From positions 250,838-314,837 of the IMG/VR virus record IMGVR_UViG_3300044712_000810: a DNA stretch of 64,000 nucleotides; one strand, written 5' to 3'. Positions 18,891-27,143 of the stretch are shown one piece after another. The position numbers and the translations under genes were made by a program. The stretch's first letter is position 1; every line of letters begins with the position of its first letter. The notes beneath the pieces are model-generated. The model did not search any database. It saw only the letters and a program-made list of their open reading frames with translations, and was not told where the DNA came from.

Positions 18891-20210
18891 ATGGATTGGA
18901 AATATGTTCACACCTTGACCAAATTTACATTTTCAGATCATGAAATTACTTTACTCAATCAACATGTTGATAGTTACTTAATTAGTTTAATTACAGGACT
19001 ACAACAACAATCATTTGGATTTGATACTGTTACAGAAGTAGCAAAACGAATCCGTGGTTTACGCGCGAGATTTGGTCAAGATAAAGAATGGTTTATTGAC
19101 TCAGGTGGATATTCCATTATTGTTGGGGATATCCACCCTAGAGATATGACAAAGTGTATTCAATGCTATAACTATTATTTAGAAACATTCGCTGAAAAGG
19201 ATTGTGATAAAATATTTAGTTTAGACATTCCAATACTACTTAAATATCCAGAATATAATACAGTTCAATATATTAAAGAACAGAATTATAAGTCTGGAGT
19301 AATGTCAAAAGAAATTTTAGACAGTAATAAATCATTATATGAAAAATTTATGTTCATTTGGCAGTTTAAAACTCTAAATCAGTATAAGATTTGGAAAGAA
19401 TATTATAATGATATTTATGCAGATACGACTGAATTGCATAATTTTGGTATAGGAGGTCAAGTCGGACTTCGACAAGCTGCCGGAATTGATTTCAGTCCAT
19501 TTACTGCACTGACGTATAAACTTATACAACTAATTCGAGAAAAAAACCTAAATAAAAAAAGTACAATTCATATGCTTGGGATATATTCTTATCCTGATCG
19601 TTTTTTAATGGCGTTTTTTCAAAAGTTATTCAATCAAGTTTACTTTAAAGATCTTGCGCCATCCGTCGAAATAACATTCGATACAGTTCATCATACTATT
19701 CAAGGACATTTTCGCGGCCAAACAATGACGCCGTTTATACTTGATGAGAATAATAATGTTCATAACAAATTTATTCCAGATTTAGTTGATAAACTTGATA
19801 ATATCATACATGATCCTGATGTTCTTAATGCGGTTTTAAAACAAGTTGAAAAAATCAAAAATGGTGAACGACTTACTGATCCCCATTTGATTGCGACGTT
19901 AGAAGTTATCAAACATTCACAAATTGATAAGGTTATTGATATGGTTCTTGACCAATATAACTTTATTGATTTATTTGTGCAATCTGGTAACTTCAATAAA
20001 TTTAAAAACAAAGCTACTGCAATATTTCAAACATTAGAACAAAAGTATCCAATCGCATTTAAGAATAGGACGGCTCAAAATCTACTTAATTTCCAATATG
20101 TGTATCCTTTACACAATTGGTTTGTAAATTCTGGTGATTTATCTAAATTCGAACCTATGATGGAAACATTTATCCGTCATATTAACTTCCCGTTTGACTT
20201 GAAGGAGTAG
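18891..20210 (+). CDS. TGT/DpdA-like guanine transglycosylase
   Basis: FIDSGGYS, FSLDIP, FGIGG, IHMLG motifs of the TGT fold; QueE nearby. Confidence 0.6.
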   Translation: MDWKYVHTLTKFTFSDHEITLLNQHVDSYLISLITGLQQQSFGFDTVTEVAKRIRGLRARFGQDKEWFIDSGGYSIIVGDIHPRDMTKCIQCYNYYLETFAEKDCDKIFSLDIPILLKYPEYNTVQYIKEQNYKSGVMSKEILDSNKSLYEKFMFIWQFKTLNQYKIWKEYYNDIYADTTELHNFGIGGQVGLRQAAGIDFSPFTALTYKLIQLIREKNLNKKSTIHMLGIYSYPDRFLMAFFQKLFNQVYFKDLAPSVEITFDTVHHTIQGHFRGQTMTPFILDENNNVHNKFIPDLVDKLDNIIHDPDVLNAVLKQVEKIKNGERLTDPHLIATLEVIKHSQIDKVIDMVLDQYNFIDLFVQSGNFNKFKNKATAIFQTLEQKYPIAFKNRTAQNLLNFQYVYPLHNWFVNSGDLSKFEPMMETFIRHINFPFDLKE

Positions 20211-20213
20211 TTA

Positions 20214-20450
20214 ATGTCTGTTGAATATGCATATCGTTGTGATTATTGTGGTGAAAAACTTGAAAGAATTAGTCATTCACCAAGTTGGGATGAAGGAGTT
20301 GAGACTACAATTTCAATGGAAACAAAAGTAGCATATAATTCTTCTCCAGAAAATTCACGACCAACTGAAACAACTTTACATTTTCATTTAGAATGTTTAA
20401 AGAAATTTAATGAAAAATTTGAAGATTTACTTGCAAATCCAACAAAATAA
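20214..20450 (+). CDS. small zinc-finger protein
   Basis: CDYC...HLEC. Confidence 0.6.
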   Translation: MSVEYAYRCDYCGEKLERISHSPSWDEGVETTISMETKVAYNSSPENSRPTETTLHFHLECLKKFNEKFEDLLANPTK

Positions 20451-20461
20451 TGGAGTAATCA

Positions 20462-20635
20462 ATGTCTGATAATAAAGTATCACCGGATGAGTTTTTGGAT
20501 AATTCAAAAGAATATAATCCAAATGCTGCCGATGAATCGCGTGAAAGACTTCGTAAACTATCAGATAGTACGAATATGAGTGCAAGTGAATACGCACAAC
20601 ATTTACGCAATATTCGTATGATTTATAGAGATTAA
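20462..20635 (+). CDS. small hypothetical protein (57 aa, not in ORF track)
   Basis: GGAG SD; fills the gap between genes. Confidence 0.55.
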   Translation: MSDNKVSPDEFLDNSKEYNPNAADESRERLRKLSDSTNMSASEYAQHLRNIRMIYRD

Positions 20636-20636
20636 A

Positions 20637-20858
20637 ATGATTATAGAGCATGTAACCAATCATGAACCTAAAAAAGCATTGTATTTATGTTTAGATAGAC
20701 ATGAATCAGCAGATTTTATTCAACATCTAGCATCAACATATGCAATGCAAACAGGTAAATATAGCGAAGAAGTATTTAATGACTTTGTTAAAATTATGCA
20801 AGGTCAAACTGAATTTGACGTTATCTTAAAATTCAACGACGAGAGACAAGAAAAATGA
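20637..20858 (+). CDS. hypothetical protein
   Basis: Operonic ORF. Confidence 0.6.
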   Translation: MIIEHVTNHEPKKALYLCLDRHESADFIQHLASTYAMQTGKYSEEVFNDFVKIMQGQTEFDVILKFNDERQEK

Positions 20859-21079
20859 TTTCACCTAATTTGGCGAGAACTGCTGCACTAGAACAGAAAA
20901 TTGATTACGATCTTAAATATAGCCCAACCAAAATGATTAGAATATCATTGGATGATAATGACTTATTTCAAAAATATTTAAAAAAAGAATACGAAAAACT
21001 CGGTTGGATTATAACATATTGCAAAACAGAAAATGAAATGTATGCAATATATCGTTTTACGGAAAAATGCGATGATTAA
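20855..21079 (+). CDS. hypothetical protein
   Basis: ATGA-coupled ORF. Confidence 0.6.
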   Translation: MISPNLARTAALEQKIDYDLKYSPTKMIRISLDDNDLFQKYLKKEYEKLGWIITYCKTENEMYAIYRFTEKCDD

Positions 21080-21260
21080 ATATCATATCGATCCTAGAAA
21101 TATTGATGTGTATGATTATCCTGAATTGAAAGCAACAATCGTTGGTCATTTTCCAAAAATCTCTCATCAAGAAATGCAAAAAATAATGTTATTAGTTACC
21201 CAAACATGTCCTAATTGTTTGGCAAAAAGTAAACATTCCTGTCACTGTTCGGAGGGATAG
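21072..21260 (+). CDS. hypothetical Cys-rich protein
   Basis: CPNC..CHC C-terminus. Confidence 0.55.
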   Translation: MIKYHIDPRNIDVYDYPELKATIVGHFPKISHQEMQKIMLLVTQTCPNCLAKSKHSCHCSEG

Positions 21261-21262
21261 TC

Positions 21263-21430
21263 TTGAGCTCAGAAAAAACTTGCGGAAACTGTCGTTACTG
21301 GAAACTTGAGGAAATGATTAAAGATGGTGCTGATAACTTTATCGCGCCATGTGTTAACATCAAATCCCCATATAAAAACAAGAAAAGTTCCATTGACAGT
21401 TCATGTGGTGAGTTTAAACGCGAATATTAA
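21263..21430 (+). CDS. small Cys-rich protein (TTG start, not in ORF track)
   Basis: GGAGGG SD; TCGNCRYW...C...C. Confidence 0.55.
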   Translation: MSSEKTCGNCRYWKLEEMIKDGADNFIAPCVNIKSPYKNKKSSIDSSCGEFKREY

Positions 21431-21441
21431 TGGAGAGTTAA

Positions 21442-22452
21442 ATGGCTAAAAAGCCAACAAAAAAAGAACAAGAAGTTATTAACGATATAAAAGAACATTT
21501 GGAACAAACAAAAGAACAAGTAGTTAAAGAGATATTAGATCCTTTAGGAAATAAAGAAACCGAATTACTTAATAAAAAATATGCCATTGCGCATATTGCA
21601 CAAGTATGTCTAACTATACAAGGCGAAGGACCAAAACTTGGAACTCCTTGTATATTAGTTAGATTTGCTGGATGTAATCTACAATGTCCATTCTGTGATA
21701 CAAAGTGGGCAAATAAAGAACTTCCAGATATGCTAACATTTAAAAATATATTAGAAACTGAATTTCCAATTAAGTTATCAACTAGTGATAATTCGATTGA
21801 AAAGTTTGCTAAATATTTAAAAGACACATATTTTGATCATTATCCGATTAAACATATTATGTTCACTGGTGGTGAACCTTTTATTTCAGATAATTTAAGA
21901 ATACTTACTGAAATCATGTCATTTTTAAATAATAAATTTCATACGGGAATTAAATCTATTGAAATTGAAACCAACGGAACGCTCGTAACCGCAAGTGATA
22001 TTTATAATCGATTTGTAAGTGCTAATTATGATGTACAATTAAATATTAGTCCTAAGTTAGATCTTACGGCACATAATAAACAGTATAGTTCGTTCCAGTC
22101 ACTTGTGGACAAGTTTAAAATTGTACATTTATATGTTTCAGATAGAAATAATGTATTAACAAATTTTAATTATAATTATAAATTTATTTATGATAAGGCG
22201 GGCGAAGATCTATTACGTTATTTTATAACGCAAGTAGGAATTCCAAGTGATAAGATTTGTATCATGCCACTTACTCCGCATTTGTCAAATATGCCAAAAG
22301 ATGAATTTTATAAAAAATTCAAGAAGTCATGCGAAGATACTATTTTATTCTGTGTAAAGAATAACTACAAATTTACTGACCGTGCTCATGTCTGGATTTA
22401 TGACATGAAAGAAACCAAAAACGAACTAGACGACGTCTTAAGGAGACAGTAA
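21442..22452 (+). CDS. queE: 7-carboxy-7-deazaguanine synthase (radical SAM)
   Basis: TIQGEG, VRFAGCNLQCPFCDT, TGGEP, IETNGT, ISPK. Confidence 0.88.
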   Translation: MAKKPTKKEQEVINDIKEHLEQTKEQVVKEILDPLGNKETELLNKKYAIAHIAQVCLTIQGEGPKLGTPCILVRFAGCNLQCPFCDTKWANKELPDMLTFKNILETEFPIKLSTSDNSIEKFAKYLKDTYFDHYPIKHIMFTGGEPFISDNLRILTEIMSFLNNKFHTGIKSIEIETNGTLVTASDIYNRFVSANYDVQLNISPKLDLTAHNKQYSSFQSLVDKFKIVHLYVSDRNNVLTNFNYNYKFIYDKAGEDLLRYFITQVGIPSDKICIMPLTPHLSNMPKDEFYKKFKKSCEDTILFCVKNNYKFTDRAHVWIYDMKETKNELDDVLRRQ

Positions 22453-22454
22453 TC

Positions 22455-22769
22455 ATGGCTGACAAAGTTCTTTACTTCGTGAATGAACATTTCTTTAACA
22501 TGAATCTGAACAACGCTGGCGATAAGTACAACAAGAAAATGCAGATCGACAATGTCACTCTTGATATCGTCGATGAATCACAGAAGTTTTATATCGACGA
22601 AGCAGAAAGAACTTTTTCGAAAGAAAAGTATTTCGAAACTCCTGGCGAAGCTGGTCAGTACATCCAGAAAAGGATGTCCGACGAACTGCAGAAGTATCGT
22701 GAAATCATCGACACCATCGATAAGGAACGCGAAGATATCGAGGTGGAGATTCTTTCCACCACAAACTAA
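22455..22769 (+). CDS. hypothetical protein
   Basis: AGGAG SD. Confidence 0.7.
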   Translation: MADKVLYFVNEHFFNMNLNNAGDKYNKKMQIDNVTLDIVDESQKFYIDEAERTFSKEKYFETPGEAGQYIQKRMSDELQKYREIIDTIDKEREDIEVEILSTTN

Positions 22770-23053
22770 TGGTTGTAAAACGTTACAATCCAAAAGATGA
22801 TCGTCGTACTGTATATTATGTATGGTACGACGATTCTGAATTTAATTTAAAAAAGATACCGGACTTGAAGATTATCAAAGTCGGTAAAAAATTAAAACGT
22901 CGAACATACGCTCGAAGACCTAAAGAAACAATTCATATCAATAGTTTTGATTCTTATGCTAGTATAGTATTTGAGAAGTTAAAACTATACAATCATTATA
23001 TTAGTAAAAATGAAATGTTAAATATAATGAAATATATAATTGCGGATATATAA
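22769..23053 (+). CDS. hypothetical protein, C-terminal MKYIIADI
   Basis: Coupled ORF; N-terminus similar to the next ORF (YVW.D). Confidence 0.65.
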   Translation: MVVKRYNPKDDRRTVYYVWYDDSEFNLKKIPDLKIIKVGKKLKRRTYARRPKETIHINSFDSYASIVFEKLKLYNHYISKNEMLNIMKYIIADI

Positions 23054-23314
23054 ATGGTTATTCGCAGATCATTAAGAGGTCGAGGCACACGATTTTATGT
23101 TTGGTTAGATGCTAAAGACTATGTCGCTGGTAACTGGCCAAATTATAGATTTAACTATGATGGTAATCGTCATAGTCCATTAACGTATGAAATTGAAAGA
23201 CCAAAAGATTCTATGCATACGTTAGAAAGAATTGCACGTAATGCCAGAAATGGTGTTAATGCAACTCCAGAACAATATTTAGCAATACAAAAGTTAATAA
23301 TAGAAAATTTGTAG
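23054..23314 (+). CDS. hypothetical protein, C-terminal QKLIIENL
   Basis: Coupled ORF. Confidence 0.65.
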   Translation: MVIRRSLRGRGTRFYVWLDAKDYVAGNWPNYRFNYDGNRHSPLTYEIERPKDSMHTLERIARNARNGVNATPEQYLAIQKLIIENL

Positions 23315-23323
23315 GAGCAGAAA

Positions 23324-23644
23324 ATGAAACTTGATCCTGAACATAATGTTCTTGAAGACAATACAAATATTGTCATGGATCTTTTCAAAGATGTAACCCC
23401 ACCGGAGATTGAACTTACCCCAACTGAACAGATTAAGAAACTAGCATGGGAAGTCGAAATCTATGTTGGTTACAAAGATCATATTTGGAAGACAGAAAAA
23501 CTATATATTGAGAAGAAAATTCCCGATAGTGAATGGATTGATATAATTAGTAAGGTTCTTAGTGAAAGATCAAATAGTGATCAAATTGAATTTTACGGCA
23601 TATATAATTACCCAGAAAACTACGAATCTGAAAAAATTGAATAA
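23324..23644 (+). CDS. hypothetical protein
   Basis: AGGAG SD. Confidence 0.65.
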   Translation: MKLDPEHNVLEDNTNIVMDLFKDVTPPEIELTPTEQIKKLAWEVEIYVGYKDHIWKTEKLYIEKKIPDSEWIDIISKVLSERSNSDQIEFYGIYNYPENYESEKIE

Positions 23645-23651
23645 TGTCTGA

Positions 23652-23665
23652 TTTCATATAAAAAT
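23652..23665 (+). promoter_or_regulatory. recurrent promoter-like motif
   Basis: TTTCATATAAAAAT. Confidence 0.65.
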
Positions 23666-23675
23666 AATACCCATG

Positions 23676-23814
23676 TCCAATCAACGACTAAATCCGTAGT
23701 ATCGTCTAGGCGAGTAAACCTCGGTTTTGTTCGATTGGAAACTCCTAGGAGGGGAGGAGTAGTTCCTCTCCCGGCCAACTTCGTGTTGACAGCCGGTGAT
23801 GATAAGCTCCTCCC
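23676..23814 (+). ncRNA. structured leader or small RNA
   Basis: Two closed domains: TCCAATC/GATTGGA and GGGAGGAG/CTCCTCCC, each with inner hairpins. Confidence 0.45.
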
Positions 23815-23846
23815 ACTTCTATGCCTTTAACTTACTGGAGACACTG

Positions 23847-24752
23847 ATGAAGAAATGCTTTTTTCACTCATCGGACATGGATGGATTCGCATCAGCTGCG
23901 ATCGTCCAACTGAAATATCCTGATGTTAAACTCATCGGGATTAACCATGGTCAGCCTTTCAGGCACGACATGATACGCAAAACCGATGAAATCTATATGG
24001 TCGACTTCTGTCTTGAGCCTGCAGATGAAATGCGAAAACTCGCAAATAACTGTAAAACTCTTTACTGGATCGATCATCATGTGTCTCAGATTGATAAGAT
24101 GGTTGAGGCTAAAATCAAGCTTCCTGGTCTTCTCAGTTACGACGACGATGAAAAAGAAGCACCTGAAGGCACTATCGCTGGCAGTTTTGCCGCGTGTGAG
24201 CTTGTCTGGCAATATCTGTTTCCTGACAAAGAAATGCCTTATGGTATATATTTGTTGGGAAGATATGACGTTTGGGATCTCGATGTAGATCCAAATGTCT
24301 TGAAATTTCAATACGGTTCTCGTTTACAATCTGTCTTTGTTGATAAAGATAGCGATTTCTGGAAGCGTTTATTCGCTTCTGATAAAGAATTCATGGATCA
24401 CATCATCGCAGAAGGTGATGTAATCTTGAGATATGAACGGCAAATTAATGCCAGACTCATGCGTGGGTATTCATATCTTAAAGATTTCCATGGATATCGT
24501 GCTCTTGTCATCAACAGACAATACTCGTCAACACTGACGTTTGAGTCTGTATGGGACGGAGATAAACATGATATCATGGTTGCTTACTCAAGAAACCCTG
24601 ACTGTTGGCTCGTCAGCCTCTACACCGCAAAAAAAGATATTGACGTATCTGCGATTGCGAGGTCATACGAACACAACGGTAAACGTGGCGGTGGTCATAA
24701 GAAAGCGGCGGGATTCCAAACTCAAGATATCTCGCCCTTGTTACCTGCCTGA
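23847..24752 (+). CDS. DHH/DHHA1 phosphoesterase
   Basis: H..DMDG, VDF, IDHH, GGGHKKAAGF. Confidence 0.9.
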   Translation: MKKCFFHSSDMDGFASAAIVQLKYPDVKLIGINHGQPFRHDMIRKTDEIYMVDFCLEPADEMRKLANNCKTLYWIDHHVSQIDKMVEAKIKLPGLLSYDDDEKEAPEGTIAGSFAACELVWQYLFPDKEMPYGIYLLGRYDVWDLDVDPNVLKFQYGSRLQSVFVDKDSDFWKRLFASDKEFMDHIIAEGDVILRYERQINARLMRGYSYLKDFHGYRALVINRQYSSTLTFESVWDGDKHDIMVAYSRNPDCWLVSLYTAKKDIDVSAIARSYEHNGKRGGGHKKAAGFQTQDISPLLPA

Positions 24753-24806
24753 ACTCTTCATACGAAATTATGAAGATTAAATAAAAAAAATCAAAAAACA
24801 AAATAA

Positions 24807-24882
24807 GCCTGATTAGCTCCAATGGTAGAGCAATTGCCTTGTAAGCAATGGGTTGTTGGTTCAAATCCGACATCAGGCTCCA
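24807..24882 (+). tRNA. tRNA-Thr(TGT)
   Basis: Cloverleaf, ATTGC-CT TGT AA-GCAAT, encoded CCA. Confidence 0.95.
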
Positions 24883-24891
24883 TCTTTAACT

Positions 24892-24909
24892 GGGGGTCGA
24901 AAGACCCCC
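24892..24909 (+). terminator. intrinsic terminator
   Basis: GGGGGTC-GAAA-GACCCCC. Confidence 0.65.
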
Positions 24910-24933
24910 CAACTTTTATTATTGTGAGAATTT

Positions 24934-25356
24934 ATGGAACTTACACAAAAACAAAAAGGCAATCTTTCAGAAATGAAAATTGCCGCAAAACTTATGGAAT
25001 ATGGATATACTGTTTGTTTTCCATATGGTGAAAATACAAGATTTGATTTAATTTTTGAATGCAATTCAAAATTATATAAAGTTCAAGTTAAAACTGGAAG
25101 ATACGACGAACAAACTGAAACTATTACAATTTCTTGTCGTAGTAATAAATGTTATATCAATCTTGAATCTACAGAAAATAGATCTCAAGATTATAAAAAT
25201 GATGTTGATTATATAGGAACATATTGTCCACAATTAGATAAATGTTATATGATTCCTATTAATGTTTGTGGAAAAGCTCAATTAAATTTACGAGTTGGAA
25301 ATTCACAAAAAACAAATCAACATGGTACAAATTACGCATCACATTATCAAATTTGA
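24934..25356 (+). CDS. free-standing PD-(D/E)XK endonuclease (group I intron-associated type)
   Basis: KGNLSE..., P.GE..RFDLI, KVQVKTG, Y..DVDY. Confidence 0.8.
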   Translation: MELTQKQKGNLSEMKIAAKLMEYGYTVCFPYGENTRFDLIFECNSKLYKVQVKTGRYDEQTETITISCRSNKCYINLESTENRSQDYKNDVDYIGTYCPQLDKCYMIPINVCGKAQLNLRVGNSQKTNQHGTNYASHYQI

Positions 25357-25396
25357 ATATTCTCAAATTTGATATGGAAATATTCAGTTGTACAAA
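25356..25396 (+). repeat. 41-bp direct repeat copy 1, containing the promoter motif
   Basis: 37/41 identical to 25938-25978. Confidence 0.8.
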
Positions 25397-25399
25397 TTT

Positions 25400-25478
25400 C
25401 CGAGGCCTAGCTTAATATTAAAGCGCCTATCCGTTACACGATAGGAGAATACTGGTGAAATTCCGGTGCCGAGGGCCA
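25400..25478 (+). tRNA. atypical tRNA-like gene 1 (Val-UAC-like, 10-nt anticodon loop)
   Basis: TAGCTT..AAGC D arm without GG; CCTAT/ATAGG; T loop TGAAATT; CCA. Confidence 0.55.
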
Positions 25479-25483
25479 TTTAT

Positions 25484-25560
25484 CGGGGACATAGCTTAAA
25501 AGAAAGCGCCTGTTCTTACAGACAGGAGAATCGTTGGTGTGATTCCGACATCCTCGACCA
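25484..25560 (+). tRNA. atypical tRNA-like gene 2 (Val-UAC-like, 8-nt anticodon loop)
   Basis: CCTGT-TCTTACAG-ACAGG; T loop TGTGATT; ACCA. Confidence 0.6.
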
Positions 25561-25565
25561 TTTAT

Positions 25566-25640
25566 CTCGGTGTAGCTTAATTTAGAGCGCCTGTCCTTAC
25601 AGACAGGAGATGATAGGCGAACCTCCTATCCCCGGGACCA
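25566..25640 (+). tRNA. atypical tRNA-like gene 3 (Val-UAC-like, 8-nt anticodon loop)
   Basis: CCTGT-CCTTACAG-ACAGG; T loop CGAACCT; ACCA. Confidence 0.6.
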
Positions 25641-25642
25641 AT

Positions 25643-25723
25643 TTTGCTGTGCATATCGAAAGATGTGTAGTTTTGCCTCATAGTAGTCGCGAGCTATATA
25701 GAGAAATCTATCACAGCAGACCA
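25643..25723 (+). ncRNA. CCA-ended non-cloverleaf RNA within the tRNA array
   Basis: TTTGCTGTG/CACAGCAGA closing stem then CCA; inner CATATC-GAAA-GATGTG hairpin. Confidence 0.4.
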
Positions 25724-25726
25724 TTT

Positions 25727-25801
25727 GCGGTTGTAACTCAATTGGTAGAGTGGCAGCCTTCCAAGCTGTTAGTACGAGTTCGAGTCTCGTCTGCCGCTCC
25801 A
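25727..25801 (+). tRNA. tRNA-Gly(TCC)
   Basis: Cloverleaf, CT TCC AA, CCA. Confidence 0.93.
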
Positions 25802-25937
25802 ATTAACACAAACCTGGAGGCCCCGAAAGGGGTCTCCAACTTTATTTTTGCATATCTTGTCGTCGCGGTCAAGAAACTCAGGCATGAGGAATTGGCGGGA
25901 GAACTGGTCACTTTCCCGCCAATTTAATCTGAAATTT

Positions 25938-25978
25938 AATATTCTAAAATTTGATATAGAAATATTGAGTTGCACAAA
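25938..25978 (+). repeat. 41-bp direct repeat copy 2, containing TTTGATATAGAAAT
   Basis: 37/41 identical to 25356-25396. Confidence 0.8.
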
Positions 25979-25982
25979 CAAT

Positions 25983-26060
25983 CGGGGCGTAGCTCAGTTT
26001 GGCTAGAGCGCCTGCTTTGGGAGCAGGAAGTCGCGTGTTCGAATCATGTCGCCCCGACCA
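25983..26060 (+). tRNA. tRNA-Pro(TGG)
   Basis: Cloverleaf, TT TGG GA. Confidence 0.95.
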
Positions 26061-26074
26061 TTTTTCTTTATTGT

Positions 26075-26161
26075 GCTACTGTGGTGGAATTGGTAGACAC
26101 CCGGGACTTAAAATCCCGTGACTGCGAGGTCGTGCCGGTTCGAGTCCGGCCAGTAGTACCA
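26075..26161 (+). tRNA. tRNA-Leu(TAA)
   Basis: Cloverleaf with V arm, CT TAA AA. Confidence 0.95.
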
Positions 26162-26173
26162 CAAAATTTCTGT

Positions 26174-26249
26174 GGGAGATTAGCTCAGCTGGGAGAGCGC
26201 CGCCCTTACAAGGCGGATGTCAGAGGTTCGATTCCTCTATCTCCTACCA
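26174..26249 (+). tRNA. tRNA-Val(TAC)
   Basis: Canonical cloverleaf, CT TAC AA. Confidence 0.95.
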
Positions 26250-26261
26250 CTTTTCCATTGT

Positions 26262-26344
26262 GCTCCAGTGGCGGAATTGGTAGACGCGCTAGCCTTAGGA
26301 GCTAGTGTTAATTCGTGGAGGTTCGAGTCCTCTCTGGAGTACCA
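26262..26344 (+). tRNA. tRNA-Leu(TAG)
   Basis: Cloverleaf, CT TAG GA. Confidence 0.95.
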
Positions 26345-26349
26345 CCTGT

Positions 26350-26427
26350 GCACCGGCCGTCTAATTGGCTTTGGACATCTCCCTTTCAAGGAGAAGATAG
26401 CGGGTTCGAATCCCGTCCGGTGTACCA
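26350..26427 (+). tRNA. tRNA-Glu(TTC)
   Basis: Cloverleaf, CT TTC AA. Confidence 0.93.
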
Positions 26428-26442
26428 TTAAATTTCTTAAAT

Positions 26443-26517
26443 TGGGGAGTCGCCAAACGGTAAGGCACTGGGTTTTGGTCCCAGCATCTGAGGGTTCGAG
26501 TCCTTCCTCCCCAGCCA
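26443..26517 (+). tRNA. tRNA-Gln(TTG)
   Basis: Cloverleaf, TT TTG GT. Confidence 0.95.
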
Positions 26518-26538
26518 AAAATTTCAAACAATCTCACA

Positions 26539-26552
26539 CTATACATAGAAAT
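26539..26552 (+). promoter_or_regulatory. recurrent promoter-like motif (variant)
   Basis: CTATACATAGAAAT ~10 nt before tRNA-Lys. Confidence 0.45.
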
Positions 26553-26562
26553 AGTGTAATAT

Positions 26563-26638
26563 GCGCCGTTAGCTCAGCTGGTAGAGCAGTTGGCTTTTAA
26601 CCAATTGGCCACAAGTTCAAATCTTGTACGGCGTACCA
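26563..26638 (+). tRNA. tRNA-Lys(TTT)
   Basis: Cloverleaf, CT TTT AA. Confidence 0.95.
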
Positions 26639-26644
26639 CCTTTC

Positions 26645-26668
26645 TTGAGGCACCGAAAGGTGCCTCAA
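26645..26668 (+). terminator. intrinsic terminator
   Basis: TTGAGGCACC-GAAA-GGTGCCTCAA. Confidence 0.75.
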
Positions 26669-26686
26669 ATCTTTTATTTTTGCAAT

Positions 26687-26700
26687 TTTCATATAGAAAT
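26687..26700 (+). promoter_or_regulatory. recurrent promoter-like motif
   Basis: TTTCATATAGAAAT before tRNA-Ala. Confidence 0.7.
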
Positions 26701-26714
26701 AATCAGTTAGAAGT

Positions 26715-26789
26715 GGGGGCTTAGCTCAGCGGGAGAGCACCTGCCTTGCACGCAGGGGGTCAAGAGTTCAAATCTCTTAGCCTCCACCA
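26715..26789 (+). tRNA. tRNA-Ala(TGC)
   Basis: Cloverleaf, G3-U70. Confidence 0.95.
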
Positions 26790-26802
26790 CTTTAAATTTA
26801 AT

Positions 26803-26878
26803 GGATACTTAGCTCAGTTGGTAGAGCACCTGCCTGAAGAGCAGGGTGTGCGCGGTTCGATTCCGTGAGTATCCACCA
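26803..26878 (+). tRNA. tRNA-Phe(GAA)
   Basis: Cloverleaf, CT GAA GA. Confidence 0.95.
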
Positions 26879-26947
26879 TTAAATTTATTCCTCGAAAGAG
26901 GAATAAGATACTCCGTAGCGACTGTCGCAAGTCGACGACTGCTACAA

Positions 26948-27103
26948 TGGGAGGTCTTTTAGGTTCCCTTTCAACCTCTTGAGGTTTTTGTCAAAATAAC
27001 ACTTTAGACTCCGAATCAAAAAGTGTTGCCGGACGCGAGGCGCCACCCTCACCCCTGATCTTTGACTACCTCTGCTGCTGGGAAAAAACTAACTGACCTC
27101 CCA
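26948..27103 (+). ncRNA. long-hairpin structured RNA
   Basis: Nested stems TGGGAGGTC/GACCTCCCA, TTCCC/GGGAA, GAGGT/ACCTC, GTCAAA/TTTGAC. Confidence 0.5.
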
Positions 27104-27143
27104 CCTTTTAACCTTCACCATAAACTCCAAAGGAGATAACAGA

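Noticed and set aside
25610-26600. ORFs called across the tRNA array
   Set aside because: They are translations of tRNA genes.
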